64,000 nucleotides of DNA, from assembly GCA_964608025.1 (NCBI GenBank), contig CAZSLO010000023.1:111312-175311 (forward strand). Reading direction: 5' to 3'. The notes below the pieces were generated by a model. That model was not told where the DNA came from and ran no database searches. It saw only the letters and a program-made list of their open reading frames with translations. This DNA comes from an uncultured Dehalococcoidia bacterium. Its GTDB lineage: Bacteria; Chloroflexota; Dehalococcoidia; Lucifugimonadales; CAJWER01. Shown one piece after another: positions 45,638-55,931 of the stretch (the stretch's first letter is position 1; each line of letters starts with the position of its first letter). The translations under genes were made by a program, and so were the position numbers.

Positions 45638-46300
45638 TTAATTCAACGGCTTGAAACGGTAACCAACCTGCCATACCGTTTCGATAAAAGTATGATCAGC
45701 GTCCTCTATCTTACTCCGAAGTCTCCTTATATGTACGTCAACGGTTCGTGTCCCTCCAAGGTATTCGTATCCCCAAATCTGGTTTAGTAGCGTATCTCTG
45801 GAGAATACCCTTCCTGGATTACTTGCCATTAACAAGAGCAATTCGTATTCCTTATATCTTAGTGAAATGCGCTTCCCGTTCACTGTAACCTCGAAGTTCG
45901 CCGTGTTTATCAGCAAATCTCCGATACATATGGAGTTCTGGTCTTTTACTGCCTTTAGTTTACCGACCAACCGAGATGCCCGTAGCTCCAATTCTTCTGT
46001 CCGGGGAGGACCTATTATGAAATCGTCCAACTCTATTGAATCATACAGGTGATCTAATTTTGCATTTGGTAAAAAGATTGCAATTGCAGGGATCGACAGA
46101 TCCCTGCAATGTTGTACGCATTGCCGTAGATCTTGGATCGACATGGCGGATGTGTCGATTAAGGCAATGTCAGGGAACTTGTGAGCAGAGATCGCGTTTA
46201 ACGAAATAACGGAGGATACCAAGACGCAATCTATCCCACGATTCTTCAGATGAGTTACGTATTCAAGTTCATTTTGAAAAGGCAATGGACCGATTGTCAT
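45638..46300 (-). CDS. OmpR/PhoB-family winged-helix regulator with degenerate (atypical) receiver domain
   Basis: C-terminal trans_reg_C (LRYKEYELLLLM...VDVHIRRLRSKI...VGYRF). The receiver keeps D in IALID but lacks the N-terminal acidic pair, the conserved T/S and the conserved K. Confidence 0.8.
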   Translation of the reverse strand: MTIGPLPFQNELEYVTHLKNRGIDCVLVSSVISLNAISAHKFPDIALIDTSAMSIQDLRQCVQHCRDLSIPAIAIFLPNAKLDHLYDSIELDDFIIGPPRTEELELRASRLVGKLKAVKDQNSICIGDLLINTANFEVTVNGKRISLRYKEYELLLLMASNPGRVFSRDTLLNQIWGYEYLGGTRTVDVHIRRLRSKIEDADHTFIETVWQVGYRFKPLN

Positions 46301-46354
46301 CAGGGTTCCTGTGGGATTTTATCCAAGCCCCAAGATTTTACTAGGGGTTTTGTT

Positions 46355-47224
46355 CTATTCGGTTCTGGGTTCATCTGAATCAACAGGAACTCCTACAGAA
46401 TTCCCCCACTCAGTCCAAGATCCATCGTAGTTTCGTACTCTTGGGTAGCCCAGCAGGTATTTGAGCACGAACCATGAATAAGATGCACGGACACCTAATC
46501 TACAGTAGGGAACAATCTCGTCGGAGGATGACACGTCTTGTTCCTCGTATAGTTTGCGAAGTTCCTCGACTGGACGGAACGAACCGTCCAGCGAAACCGC
46601 ATCATCCCATGCTATATGTATAGCTCCAGGGATCCGGCCATTCCGGTATATTCCCGACTGATGTGTTTCTGGCGCTGAGGGTAATTCGCCGGTGAACTCT
46701 TCAATTGTCCGGGTGTCGAGCAGTTTGAAGCCTTGCTTGCCTAGATTTGTGATGATATAGTCCTGCATCGCTCGAATCGATCGATCCGGTGTAGATACTT
46801 GATAATGTGATGGTACCCGGTTTAGTGAATCTGTAGACAATTCCCGACCTTCTTCCAACCATTTTCGTCGGCCTCCATCCATGATTCGAACGTCTTGGTG
46901 GCGGTAGATCTTTAATATCCAAAATGCCCATGTTGCCGATCGATTATTTCCGTCACCGTAGAGGACAATTGTTGTCTCTTTACTAATGCCAGCCATTCTT
47001 AAAAGTGATTCTATTTGTTCAATTTTTGGGATATCCCGCCTTACTTGATCTTCAAGATCTACATGAAGACTCCAGCCTACTGAATTTGGCACATGGCCAG
47101 TGTCATATCCTTCAATAAGATTGGTGTTGATCTCTACTATGACAACGGATGGATCATTAAGATGTGAGGCAACCCAATCAGTTGATACGATGACTTCGGG
47201 ATATGCGTATGGTGGTGACATCAT
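46355..47224 (-). CDS. Two-domain rhodanese sulfurtransferase (thiosulfate/3-mercaptopyruvate type)
   Basis: Active-site loop CRLGVRAS in the C-terminal rhodanese domain. Start set at the MMSPPY Met to avoid overlapping the upstream gene. Confidence 0.85.
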   Translation of the reverse strand: MMSPPYAYPEVIVSTDWVASHLNDPSVVIVEINTNLIEGYDTGHVPNSVGWSLHVDLEDQVRRDIPKIEQIESLLRMAGISKETTIVLYGDGNNRSATWAFWILKIYRHQDVRIMDGGRRKWLEEGRELSTDSLNRVPSHYQVSTPDRSIRAMQDYIITNLGKQGFKLLDTRTIEEFTGELPSAPETHQSGIYRNGRIPGAIHIAWDDAVSLDGSFRPVEELRKLYEEQDVSSSDEIVPYCRLGVRASYSWFVLKYLLGYPRVRNYDGSWTEWGNSVGVPVDSDEPRTE

Positions 47225-47244
47225 TTCTCCTGACCGGACGTCAA

Positions 47245-48351
47245 CTATATAGACCATCTCTCTACGGCATAAGGATCTAATTCTAACCCTAGACCTGGTC
47301 GGTCTGGGAATGGAGACCACATTCCGTTCCGTTGCTGCGGAATTTCCTTATACCACTCTGTTTCGCACTCATGTATATGGCCTAGGTATTCGACGACCTT
47401 GAGATTCGGTGTTGCGCATGCCAGATGCAAATGAACAGACTGATAAGCATGAGGCGCTACCATCAAGTTGAAGGCGTGGGCTAGATGCGCAACTTTCATC
47501 CATTCGGTTATCCCTCCAACTCTGCCGACATCGGGCTGAGCAATATCCACAGCACCTCCGGCGATTAAATCTCGGAATTTATATTTGCCAGAATCAAGCT
47601 CTCCTGCAGCTATAGGAATCGAGGTGTTTCTCCTCACTTCAGCCATGCCTACAACGTCATCGGTTAGGACAGGCTCCTCGATCCAGCCGACCTGAAACTG
47701 TTCGAATTCCTTAGCCATGTAAATAGCCTGTTTGGGATAGTAGCCGTAGTTAGCGTCGATATAGAGTGAGACGTTGTCACCCAACGCTTTACGAACTGCC
47801 TCGACTCGCGCCAAGTCTTCCCTTTCCGACATGCCGAAGTCCTTGGCGACCTTCATTTTCACACGTGGAATGCCATTTTCTACATATCCACTCATTTCGG
47901 ATAAGAGGCCTTCTTCGCTGAGGTTAGTCCATCCCCCACTTCCATATATTGGAATAGAATCCGTATAGGCGCCTAGGAGTTTATATAGTGGGAGACCGAC
48001 TGCCTTCGCCTTTAGATCCCAAAGACCTACATCTACAGCAGATAGTGCAGAAAAACCAATACCCTTATTCCCATAGCTTCGGAGCCTCCAATACATGTCG
48101 TTCCAAAGTCTTTCTATATCGAATGGATCCTGGTCTATCAGTAGTTCCTTGAAGGATGATTCAATGATTTCCTGGACCCCCGGGGATAGTGCTCCAATGC
48201 CAAGCCCTTCTATTCCTTCATCTGTGACGATGTGTACAAAGAGCTGGCTGCGCCCCGAGCTTTTGGGGATACTTAATGTGGAGTCCTGAACTGCTGGGAT
48301 GTGAGGGTAGCGCAGTGATGTAGTTGTAATGTCGATGATCTTCATCGACAC
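47245..48351 (-). CDS. Enolase-superfamily enzyme (mandelate racemase / muconate lactonizing family)
   Basis: KxK motif (VKMKV). Metal ligands in DANYGY, EEP and a downstream acidic position. 368 aa. Confidence 0.85.
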   Translation of the reverse strand: MSMKIIDITTTSLRYPHIPAVQDSTLSIPKSSGRSQLFVHIVTDEGIEGLGIGALSPGVQEIIESSFKELLIDQDPFDIERLWNDMYWRLRSYGNKGIGFSALSAVDVGLWDLKAKAVGLPLYKLLGAYTDSIPIYGSGGWTNLSEEGLLSEMSGYVENGIPRVKMKVAKDFGMSEREDLARVEAVRKALGDNVSLYIDANYGYYPKQAIYMAKEFEQFQVGWIEEPVLTDDVVGMAEVRRNTSIPIAAGELDSGKYKFRDLIAGGAVDIAQPDVGRVGGITEWMKVAHLAHAFNLMVAPHAYQSVHLHLACATPNLKVVEYLGHIHECETEWYKEIPQQRNGMWSPFPDRPGLGLELDPYAVERWSI

Positions 48352-48494
48352 CTCCGGATTTAATGGAAGACTTGATCGGATCCAGTGTAGATTCGACTAG
48401 CTGGGTAGTCAATCGCTATCATACACCGGATGAATCGTGGACTTGACATCCACGCCATCATAACTAGAGAGCCCTACGACAGTTCAGGAGGCAA

Positions 48495-49475
48495 TTGGTG
48501 GAGACGATGACCGCCGCCGTGGTACATGCACTGGGACAAGTACGTTGCGACCTTGTTGATATGCCTGAACCTCGTGATGGCAGTGTTCTTGTGCGGTCAA
48601 TACTTTCTTCTATATGTGGCAGCGATCTACATATTGCCTATCAGGGTTGGGGAGTCACTGAATTTCCTCTAGCCCCGGGCCATCCCGGACATGAAGGGGT
48701 AGGTGAGGTAGTGGATGGGGGAAGGACGGGATTCCAGCCAGGGGACTTGGTGCTAACAGTGCCGTATATTTCAAAATCTAAAACGTTTGCTGAGTATCAA
48801 TTAATCGGACCCCAAAACATCTTAAGAATACCGGCGACTAAGCCGATATCCCATTTGGTAATGGCTCAACAATTAGGCACGGTAATATTTGGTTGCCACC
48901 AGCTCCCTCATGTTGAAGGAAAGACGGTAGTCGTGATTGGACAGGGTCCAGTAGGACTTCTTCACAATTTTGTACTACGAAACCTAGGTGCAGAACGCAT
49001 AATCGGGATCGAACCAATTTATCACCGTTTGCGAGAGGCCAAGAAAATGGGTATTGATGAAGCTATATCAGAAATAGGCCCTACCGCTACTAGTGCTGTG
49101 ATGGATATCACAGATGGTCATGGTGCTGATATAGTAGTGGATGCAGTTGGTAGTATTGAAACTCTCAATCAAGCAGTGGCTATGTCTGGGAAATCTGGTC
49201 GGGTAGCGGCCTTTGGATTACCCACAACTATGGAGATGGTGCCATTCGACTGGGCTGCCTTCTTTCGTAAAAGCCTATCTATGCACGCGGTGCATGGTGC
49301 CCAGGAAGTGCCTGGGTTACCTGATTTTCAGACAGCAGTTGATTTGATCATAGGTGATAAAATTGATACTTCTATGTTTATTACCCACCAATTCAATATA
49401 GAACAGATAGATAAAGCTTTTGAAGTGGCAGATTCGAAGCCTGATGGAGTTATGAAGGTCTCTGTCACCTTTTAA
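48495..49475 (+). CDS. Zn-dependent medium-chain alcohol/threonine-dehydrogenase-like oxidoreductase
   Basis: GTG start. CGSDLH and GHEGVGEV zinc motifs. GQGPVGL Rossmann. Confidence 0.85.
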   Translation: MVETMTAAVVHALGQVRCDLVDMPEPRDGSVLVRSILSSICGSDLHIAYQGWGVTEFPLAPGHPGHEGVGEVVDGGRTGFQPGDLVLTVPYISKSKTFAEYQLIGPQNILRIPATKPISHLVMAQQLGTVIFGCHQLPHVEGKTVVVIGQGPVGLLHNFVLRNLGAERIIGIEPIYHRLREAKKMGIDEAISEIGPTATSAVMDITDGHGADIVVDAVGSIETLNQAVAMSGKSGRVAAFGLPTTMEMVPFDWAAFFRKSLSMHAVHGAQEVPGLPDFQTAVDLIIGDKIDTSMFITHQFNIEQIDKAFEVADSKPDGVMKVSVTF

Positions 49476-49622
49476 ATACTTGTTTTTGTTGGAATATTCT
49501 TGGTGATTACTATGCCTGCATATGGTTGGAATACTTTATTAAGACTAGACGTTGTTTAGTGTATGAATACCTTTAAACAGTAAACAGTTTCTAGTTAGCG
49601 GTTTGATAAATGAGGAACGCAG

Positions 49623-50981
49623 ATGTCTGAATTGCATGAAATGACAATTGTTGAGGCTGCAAAGGCAATCAGGACAGGGAATATATCACCTGTAGACCTG
49701 ATGGAATGTCTACTCAATCGGTCTCGCAATATGGATTCACAGCTACGTGTCTGGGAAACCTTGGATGAAGAATTGGCTCTTGATTCAGCCCGGGCCCGCC
49801 AGTTGGAAATCGAAAGAAGCGGCCCCCAGGGCGCTCTGCACGGTATCCCTATTGGGGTAAAGGATATATTCAACACGAAAGATCTACGGACCACTTCCGG
49901 CTCCCCTATATATGAAAACTTCGTACCCGATTTTGATTCCACGGTAGTAGGCCGACTCCGTAAGGCAGGCGCTATCGTTATGGGGAAGACCATCACAACT
50001 GAATTTGCCTCTTTTGACCCTCCCCCAACTCGCAACCCGTGGAATTATGAACATACACCAGGTGGTTCCAGCAGTGGTTCTGCTGTAGGGGTGGCGGCCA
50101 GATTGTTCCCTGCTGCATTGGGTTCACAGACATCGGGTTCCGTTCTTAGGCCTGCTTCTTATAACGGTGTAATTGGAGTAAAGCCGACCTTTGGTCGCAT
50201 AAGCCGTTATGGTGTTACCCCAGTTGCGTGGTCTCTAGACACGATCGGCTACTTCACGAGGTCCCTGGAAGATGCTGCCTTAGTACTTGAGGTAATCTCT
50301 GGTCATGATAAGAACGATCCCGAGTCGTCAAGAGAACCTGTATATGGCTACACTGAAGCTATCGCTTCTGTAGGCTTGGCACCTAGGATAGGCGTCGTAC
50401 GAGGCTTCTTTTCCAACATGGCTAATGATGAAGTGAGTACCCATACAGAGAATGTTGTGGAAAACCTTGGTATGGCTGGTGCAGATATTGAAGAAGCGGT
50501 GCTGGTTTCAGATTTTGATGCTCTCCTAGAGGCCCATACAGTGGTTATGAATGTAGAGTCTGCTGTATCGCGCGAAAAGGAATTTGCCTCAAGGCCTGGC
50601 GATTTTTCCCCGAATGTTCTTGGTTCTATAGAATCAGGCATGTCAGTTCCAGGGACAGTATACGTTAAAGCTCAACAGACTCGAGCTAGCTTTAGACGAG
50701 AGATCACTGAACTCGCTGAAAGATTTGACATACTCCTCACGCCCTCTACATTGACACAAGCTCCACGTGATCTCACCACGACGGGCGATCCATCATTCCA
50801 AGCCCCTTGGACAACAGCAGGATTACCAACCATTTCCATACCATCTGGGCTGACCAATGCTGGATTACCTTTGGGGATCCAGTTAGCAGCGGCACCGTTC
50901 GCGGAGGCAAAGTTACTGTCCTCGGCTCTCTGGTGCGTGAATTCTCTAGATGTTTCTTTAGGTACACCTACAGAACTGTAA
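49623..50981 (+). CDS. Amidase-signature family amidase (GatA-like)
   Basis: GGSSSGSAVGVAA signature, Ser-cisSer-Lys context. 452 aa. Confidence 0.85.
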   Translation: MSELHEMTIVEAAKAIRTGNISPVDLMECLLNRSRNMDSQLRVWETLDEELALDSARARQLEIERSGPQGALHGIPIGVKDIFNTKDLRTTSGSPIYENFVPDFDSTVVGRLRKAGAIVMGKTITTEFASFDPPPTRNPWNYEHTPGGSSSGSAVGVAARLFPAALGSQTSGSVLRPASYNGVIGVKPTFGRISRYGVTPVAWSLDTIGYFTRSLEDAALVLEVISGHDKNDPESSREPVYGYTEAIASVGLAPRIGVVRGFFSNMANDEVSTHTENVVENLGMAGADIEEAVLVSDFDALLEAHTVVMNVESAVSREKEFASRPGDFSPNVLGSIESGMSVPGTVYVKAQQTRASFRREITELAERFDILLTPSTLTQAPRDLTTTGDPSFQAPWTTAGLPTISIPSGLTNAGLPLGIQLAAAPFAEAKLLSSALWCVNSLDVSLGTPTEL

Positions 50982-51009
50982 CCTGCAGTGGTCCGTTGGT
51001 TTGTGTGAC

Positions 51010-51040
51010 AGCTTCAATTCAAGCTTTTTGTTGTTATTTT
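51010..51040 (+). terminator. Weak hairpin + T-run after amidase gene
   Basis: AGCTT/AAGCT 5-bp stem followed by TTTTTGTTGTTATTTT. Confidence 0.3.
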
Positions 51041-51106
51041 GGTTGTAGGATTTATTGTTATCGGCACGGTGCTCCGTGATATAATTCATTTCACTGTACC
51101 GAGCTT

Positions 51107-52489
51107 ATGACTACTCTGGAGAACTGTGTGAAGGTAACCCAAGAAGAGGTAGTGGATCGCCAAGCTGTTCTTCTAGTCGAATTAGACGATGATGATGTGG
51201 CGCCCTATCTCGACCAAGCTTATAGAAGAGTGGTCCAAAAAACTGCCATTCCTGGTTTTCGCAAGGGGAAAGCCCCACGATCAATAATTGAGAGTTTTCT
51301 TGGTAAGGAGAGACTGGTATCCGAATCTTTGGATAACATGCTTCCTGCTGTAACACAAAAGGCAATAGAAAATCAGGAACTTGAAACATCTGGTACACCC
51401 CGCCTGGAGTTGTTGGATCTAGACCCTGTCACGGTAAAGGCGACTGTTCCGCTAAAACCGTTGGTTGATCTTGGTAGTTATTTGGATATACGTGTTGACG
51501 AGGAAGTGAGTGATATTACTGATGATTTGATTGATGAACGTCTTGAGGATCTTAGGGTTCGCGATGCAGCTTGGGAGCCAGTAGAACGGCCAGTCAACTA
51601 CGGCGATCGTGTAATAATGCAGGTTGTTGGACATGTTGGAGATGACACAATCCTTGATAGTGAAGATGCCGAATATTTAGTTGACGAAGAGGGCAATCTT
51701 CCATTTGAAGGCTTTTCTGAAAACCTTGTGAAAGCTGAATGTGGAACGCCGATCGAATTCCATTTGGCCATACCAGATGACTATGCGGATGCCCGAATGG
51801 CCGGGAAAGATGTTCACTTCCGGGTTATTGTCAAAGAAATCAAAGAACGTAAATTGCCGGAACTTAATGATGAATTTGCGAAGGGAATAGGTGATGGCTT
51901 CGAAACCTTGGCTGACCTGAGAAAAAATACAGAGAGTGATTTGAGAACAGAAGCTGAGCGTGCCAGCGAGACGAAATATCGAGAAAATGCATTAGATGAA
52001 CTGGTAGCTGGGGCAAACTTCGAATTCCCGCCCTTGCTTATTGAACATGAAATTGAACACATGGTTGAACGGAGAGACCAGTTTGCAGCTCAGATGAATT
52101 TTACCTTGGAAGAGTATTTTAAATTCACTGGCAAGTCGGAAGAAGAACATCAAGAAGAGATGCGGGGACATGCGATTGAGCGCTTCAGCCGGTCTTATGC
52201 TCTATCGACACTTTCTGAAAATGAAGAATTAGTTATCTCAGACGAAGAAATTCAGGAAAAAGTTCAACAATTACGTGATACTGAAACTCAGGATGGCGGA
52301 AAAGTGAAGGAGAGTGATCTCACTAGACCTGAAGTCCAAGCATCTATCCGTGAATCTCTGTTGGTTGAAAAGGCTATGGAAAGATTATTAGAAATAACCA
52401 AGGACCAGATGGATAGTAAGATTGACAATGAGAGTGAAGTTCCCGGAGATGAACCAGAAAAATTGGATGAAGAATCTGATGATTCCTAG
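51107..52489 (+). CDS. tig: Trigger factor
   Basis: Ribosome-binding GFRKGKAP motif, PPIase-like middle domain and acidic C-terminus. Confidence 0.95.
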   Translation: MTTLENCVKVTQEEVVDRQAVLLVELDDDDVAPYLDQAYRRVVQKTAIPGFRKGKAPRSIIESFLGKERLVSESLDNMLPAVTQKAIENQELETSGTPRLELLDLDPVTVKATVPLKPLVDLGSYLDIRVDEEVSDITDDLIDERLEDLRVRDAAWEPVERPVNYGDRVIMQVVGHVGDDTILDSEDAEYLVDEEGNLPFEGFSENLVKAECGTPIEFHLAIPDDYADARMAGKDVHFRVIVKEIKERKLPELNDEFAKGIGDGFETLADLRKNTESDLRTEAERASETKYRENALDELVAGANFEFPPLLIEHEIEHMVERRDQFAAQMNFTLEEYFKFTGKSEEEHQEEMRGHAIERFSRSYALSTLSENEELVISDEEIQEKVQQLRDTETQDGGKVKESDLTRPEVQASIRESLLVEKAMERLLEITKDQMDSKIDNESEVPGDEPEKLDEESDDS

Positions 52490-53102
52490 GCTCGAAAACA
52501 TTATCCCAATGGTTGTGGAGAGCGGCGCCAGGGGTGAACGGGCGTATGATATTTATTCGCTACTTTTGAAGGAACGGATAATCTTTTTGGGCACCCCCAT
52601 CAATGACCAAGTGGCCAATGCCATTATTGCTCAACTGCTGTTTCTTGAACGTGAAGATCCGGACAGGGACATAAATTTCTACATTAATTCACCTGGAGGG
52701 TCTGTATACGCCGGACTCGCAATATACGATGCTATGCAGATGATCCGGCCAGATGTAGCTACCTATTGCGTTGGGCTTGCTGCGAGTTTTGGAACCGTTT
52801 TACTTTGTTCAGGTGCCAAGGGAAAACGCTATGCTCTTCCAAACGCTACTATCCATATGCACCAAGTTATATCGGGTGCACAAGGCCAAGCCTCCGACAT
52901 AGAGATCCATGCTCGAGAGGCCTTACGGAACCAAGACACAGTGCGCAAGATAATTGCCGATAATACTGGACAGGCTTATGATAAAGTCGCGACGGACTCT
53001 GATCGTGACTATTTCCTGACCGCTGAGGATTCCAAGGAATATGGTCTTATTGATGAGGTTCTTGTAAGTAGAATAGATCAGGAAGAAGACGCTTCAGACT
53101 GA
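52479..53102 (+). CDS. clpP: ATP-dependent Clp protease proteolytic subunit
   Basis: [27 protein letters not shown]. Catalytic Ser in GLAASFG and His in MHQ. ATG 52479 overlaps the tig stop by 11 nt. Confidence 0.95.
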   Translation: MIPRLENIIPMVVESGARGERAYDIYSLLLKERIIFLGTPINDQVANAIIAQLLFLEREDPDRDINFYINSPGGSVYAGLAIYDAMQMIRPDVATYCVGLAASFGTVLLCSGAKGKRYALPNATIHMHQVISGAQGQASDIEIHAREALRNQDTVRKIIADNTGQAYDKVATDSDRDYFLTAEDSKEYGLIDEVLVSRIDQEEDASD

Positions 53103-53136
53103 ACGTCTCTATCGGGAGGAGTCCAACAAGAAGAAT

Positions 53137-54435
53137 ATGACAGCAACCAAGACAGGACAGACCACCTACCACTGTTCCTTTTGCGGTAAGGCCCAGGGCC
53201 AGGTAAAAAGATTAATTGCCGGTCCGGACCGTGTATTCATATGTGATGAATGCGTTGCTTTGTGTGGACAAATTATCACTGAAGAGAGTCCTGCGTCGGT
53301 TTCTCGTGACTCCTCTGGGATAATGTCAAAGGAAGTTAATCCCAAATGGCTGTACCAGAGACTGGATGAATACGTTGTAGGTCAAGATCGTGCCAAGAAA
53401 GTGCTTAGTGTTGCTGTCTACAATCATTACAAGAGGATCTGGTCAAATCAAAAAGCAATCGATGTAGAGTTACACAAATCGAATATATTGCTGGTTGGCC
53501 CTGCTGGGTCTGGCAAAACACTACTGGCACAAACTCTGGCCAAGGTTCTAGATGTTCCATTTGCTATTGCGGATGCTACCTCTCTTACTGAAGCTGGATA
53601 TGTTGGTGAAGATGTAGAAAATATTCTACTACGCTTAATTCAGGCAGCTGACTTTGATGTATCTCGCGCTGAACAAGGGATCATATACATTGATGAGATA
53701 GACAAAATTGCTCGAAAGAGCCCTAATCCTTCTATTACGCGTGATGTGTCGGGGGAAGGTGTACAACAAGCCTTGCTCAAGATTATTGAAGGATGTGTAG
53801 CGAATGTTCCTCCACAGGGTGGCCGAAAGCATCCACATCAGGATTTTCTTCAGATCAAGACTGACAACATACTATTCATGTGTGGAGGGGCCTTCGAGGG
53901 TCTCGAAGACATGGTCGAGTGGCGAGTCACAAAAGACAGTACCAAGATCGGATTTAATTCTAAAGAAACTACTAACGGAAAAGATAAAGCCGCCGACGAT
54001 ATTCTGGAACAACTGACCGCAGATGACCTTTTAAATTATGGTTTTATCCCAGAGCTTGTAGGTAGATTACCTGTCACCGTAGGTTTATCGAAATTGAATT
54101 TGGAAGCATTGGTTAAAGTACTTAAAGATCCCAAAGATGCTTTGATAAAGCAGTATCAAGCGTTGTTCAAAATTGATGATGTAGATCTTGAATTCACCGA
54201 CGAAGCACTAAATGCCGTAGCTAATGAGGCTCTTAAGTTAAAAACAGGTGCCAGGGGTCTTCGGTCTATCCTTGAGGACACCCTTTTGGATGTGATGTAC
54301 GAACTCCCGTCTTTGAAAGAGATCATACGTTGTACGGTGGATGAGGATTCAATTCTTGAGAACGCACCGGTTTCATTGGTCACTGCCGATGCTGAACTTA
54401 TCCACTTGCCTACACAGCAACAAAAGACAGCATAA
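53137..54435 (+). CDS. clpX: ATP-dependent Clp protease ATP-binding subunit ClpX
   Basis: N-terminal zinc-binding CSFCGK...CDEC. Walker [12 protein letters not shown]-type loop (KIGFN). Confidence 0.95.
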   Translation: MTATKTGQTTYHCSFCGKAQGQVKRLIAGPDRVFICDECVALCGQIITEESPASVSRDSSGIMSKEVNPKWLYQRLDEYVVGQDRAKKVLSVAVYNHYKRIWSNQKAIDVELHKSNILLVGPAGSGKTLLAQTLAKVLDVPFAIADATSLTEAGYVGEDVENILLRLIQAADFDVSRAEQGIIYIDEIDKIARKSPNPSITRDVSGEGVQQALLKIIEGCVANVPPQGGRKHPHQDFLQIKTDNILFMCGGAFEGLEDMVEWRVTKDSTKIGFNSKETTNGKDKAADDILEQLTADDLLNYGFIPELVGRLPVTVGLSKLNLEALVKVLKDPKDALIKQYQALFKIDDVDLEFTDEALNAVANEALKLKTGARGLRSILEDTLLDVMYELPSLKEIIRCTVDEDSILENAPVSLVTADAELIHLPTQQQKTA

Positions 54436-54500
54436 TTTTCTGACAATAAATTCTGATTTCTTATCTTGCTGCCAATGTTTTGTTGTCTAGAATTACTATC

Positions 54501-54529
54501 TTGCTGTCTGATCTGGTGATCACTACAAT
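54501..54529 (+). promoter_or_regulatory. Candidate tRNA-Pro promoter (TTGCTG-17 nt-TACAAT)
   Basis: -10 ends 11 nt before the mature tRNA 5' end. A second similar ATCTTGCTG box with TAGAAT lies 35 nt upstream (54466-54493). Confidence 0.45.
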
Positions 54530-54539
54530 GAGGTATTGT

Positions 54540-54615
54540 CGGGGTGTGGCGCAGTTGGAAGCGCGCGTCGTTCGGGACGACGAGGTCGCTGGTTCAAGTC
54601 CAGTCACCCCGACCA
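54540..54615 (+). tRNA. tRNA-Pro (anticodon CGG), CCA encoded
   Basis: Acceptor CGGGGTG/CACCCCG, D stem GCGC/GCGC, anticodon stem CGTCG/CGACG with loop TTCGGGA, T arm GCTGG-TTCAAGT-CCAGT. Confidence 0.9.
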
Positions 54616-54738
54616 AAACCCTCTACTCTAATCAACTACTTTGCATAACTGGTCCTACGAACCCGTCTTTTAATCGATCACGTCTAATAACTTTTGATTG
54701 GGCCTTGTGAGCCAACCACGGGCGATGAAAACCAGAAG

Positions 54739-55161
54739 CTAATCCAATGTAGGCCGCGAAATTATGTAAACAGTACCCACCAGGGCCAGTATTATAATGG
54801 GCACGTCGAACATCCAATCGTATGGTGCGAAGAGGACCGATATGATGGAGAAAATCCACATTGAACCTAGAGATAATAGCTTAGCTCTCCTGCGCATCGA
54901 ACCTGTTTCAAGAAACTCACGTACCTGTTGTCCGAATAGCTTGTTTTGAATCACCCAATTATAGAGTCGGTCTGAAGAACGAACAAACAGTGTAGCTGCA
55001 ATGATAAGCCAGATAGTACCTGGTAGGCCTGGCATTACGTACCCGACAATGCCTAAAACGAGACATACTAACCCAAGAGAAACTAGAATCAGATTTTTAG
55101 ATTTACGTATGATAACTTGGACAACCGTTCTTATAATTTGAATTGACGACAATAATTTCAT
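54739..55161 (-). CDS. DUF454/YbaN-family small inner-membrane protein
   Basis: MPGLPGTIWLIIAATLFVRSSDRLYNWV motif typical of the YbaN family. 140 aa with 3-4 TM helices. Confidence 0.7.
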   Translation of the reverse strand: MKLLSSIQIIRTVVQVIIRKSKNLILVSLGLVCLVLGIVGYVMPGLPGTIWLIIAATLFVRSSDRLYNWVIQNKLFGQQVREFLETGSMRRRAKLLSLGSMWIFSIISVLFAPYDWMFDVPIIILALVGTVYIISRPTLD

Positions 55162-55931
55162 TCCTTATTCAGATCTTGGTTACCTAGTCTGATTATCTTA
55201 CGAAGGTCTTCATATCAACCAATATCATTATTGTATTCTCGATGAATAATAGATGTGGGTCCAGAATTTTTGGGCCAAATTAGTCTAATATCTTCTAGTA
55301 AAATAGTGTTTTTCTAAAAGGTTAAAGTCTTTCAAGCGTACTGCGTATTTCAGTTTAGTACCAGTGTTGGTTTGATGCTCTTGTTTCCCAAATCTTGAAA
55401 GAAATTTCGCGGGCCACATGTATTTTTAGAGACGCAGTTTTAAAAATTACGAGTAAATTAGATTGGGTAAGTTAATTGCAATATAAAAAAGCGATTTTGA
55501 CGGATGTGGATTCTGGGTTATGTTTTGCAGGACTATATTTATATAACCATGGAGATTTGCCAGATCTTTATGTTTTTTAAGCCCCTCAGGTATACTTGAA
55601 TAGTCGGTATGCTTGATCGTGTCGTTTCTAAACTCAGCTTGTCCGAAATTAGACTGACATTCAGATTGAGATGTCTTTAAATAAAGACTTTAATAGGTGA
55701 ATCTGTGGAAATGTCTGCCATGCGACAATTCCTAATAACGAAGCTTGATTGGTGCTCAGAAGGCTATGTGCTAACGATTGTTAATTCACAAAGATCCTGA
55801 AAATTAAGCTGGGTGATTCAGATCACAAAGAATAAATCAATATACGAAACTATCTACCCTAATATGAACTCTCCCATCATTGAACTGTTGCAATTGTTTA
55901 ATGGCAAAGATGCAGCCATGATTTTGATTAA

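Noticed and set aside
46355-47320. Full-length 321-aa version of the rhodanese ORF overlapping the enolase-superfamily gene by 76 nt
   Set aside because: The first 32 codons are Arg/Ser-rich and overlap the well-supported upstream gene. The rhodanese homology starts at the MMSPPYAYPE Met (47224).
52422-52478. Upstream in-frame Met codons extending clpP into tig
   Set aside because: The conserved ClpP N-terminus ([16 protein letters not shown]) begins just after ATG 52479. The longer extension would overlap tig by 68 nt and encode non-conserved sequence.
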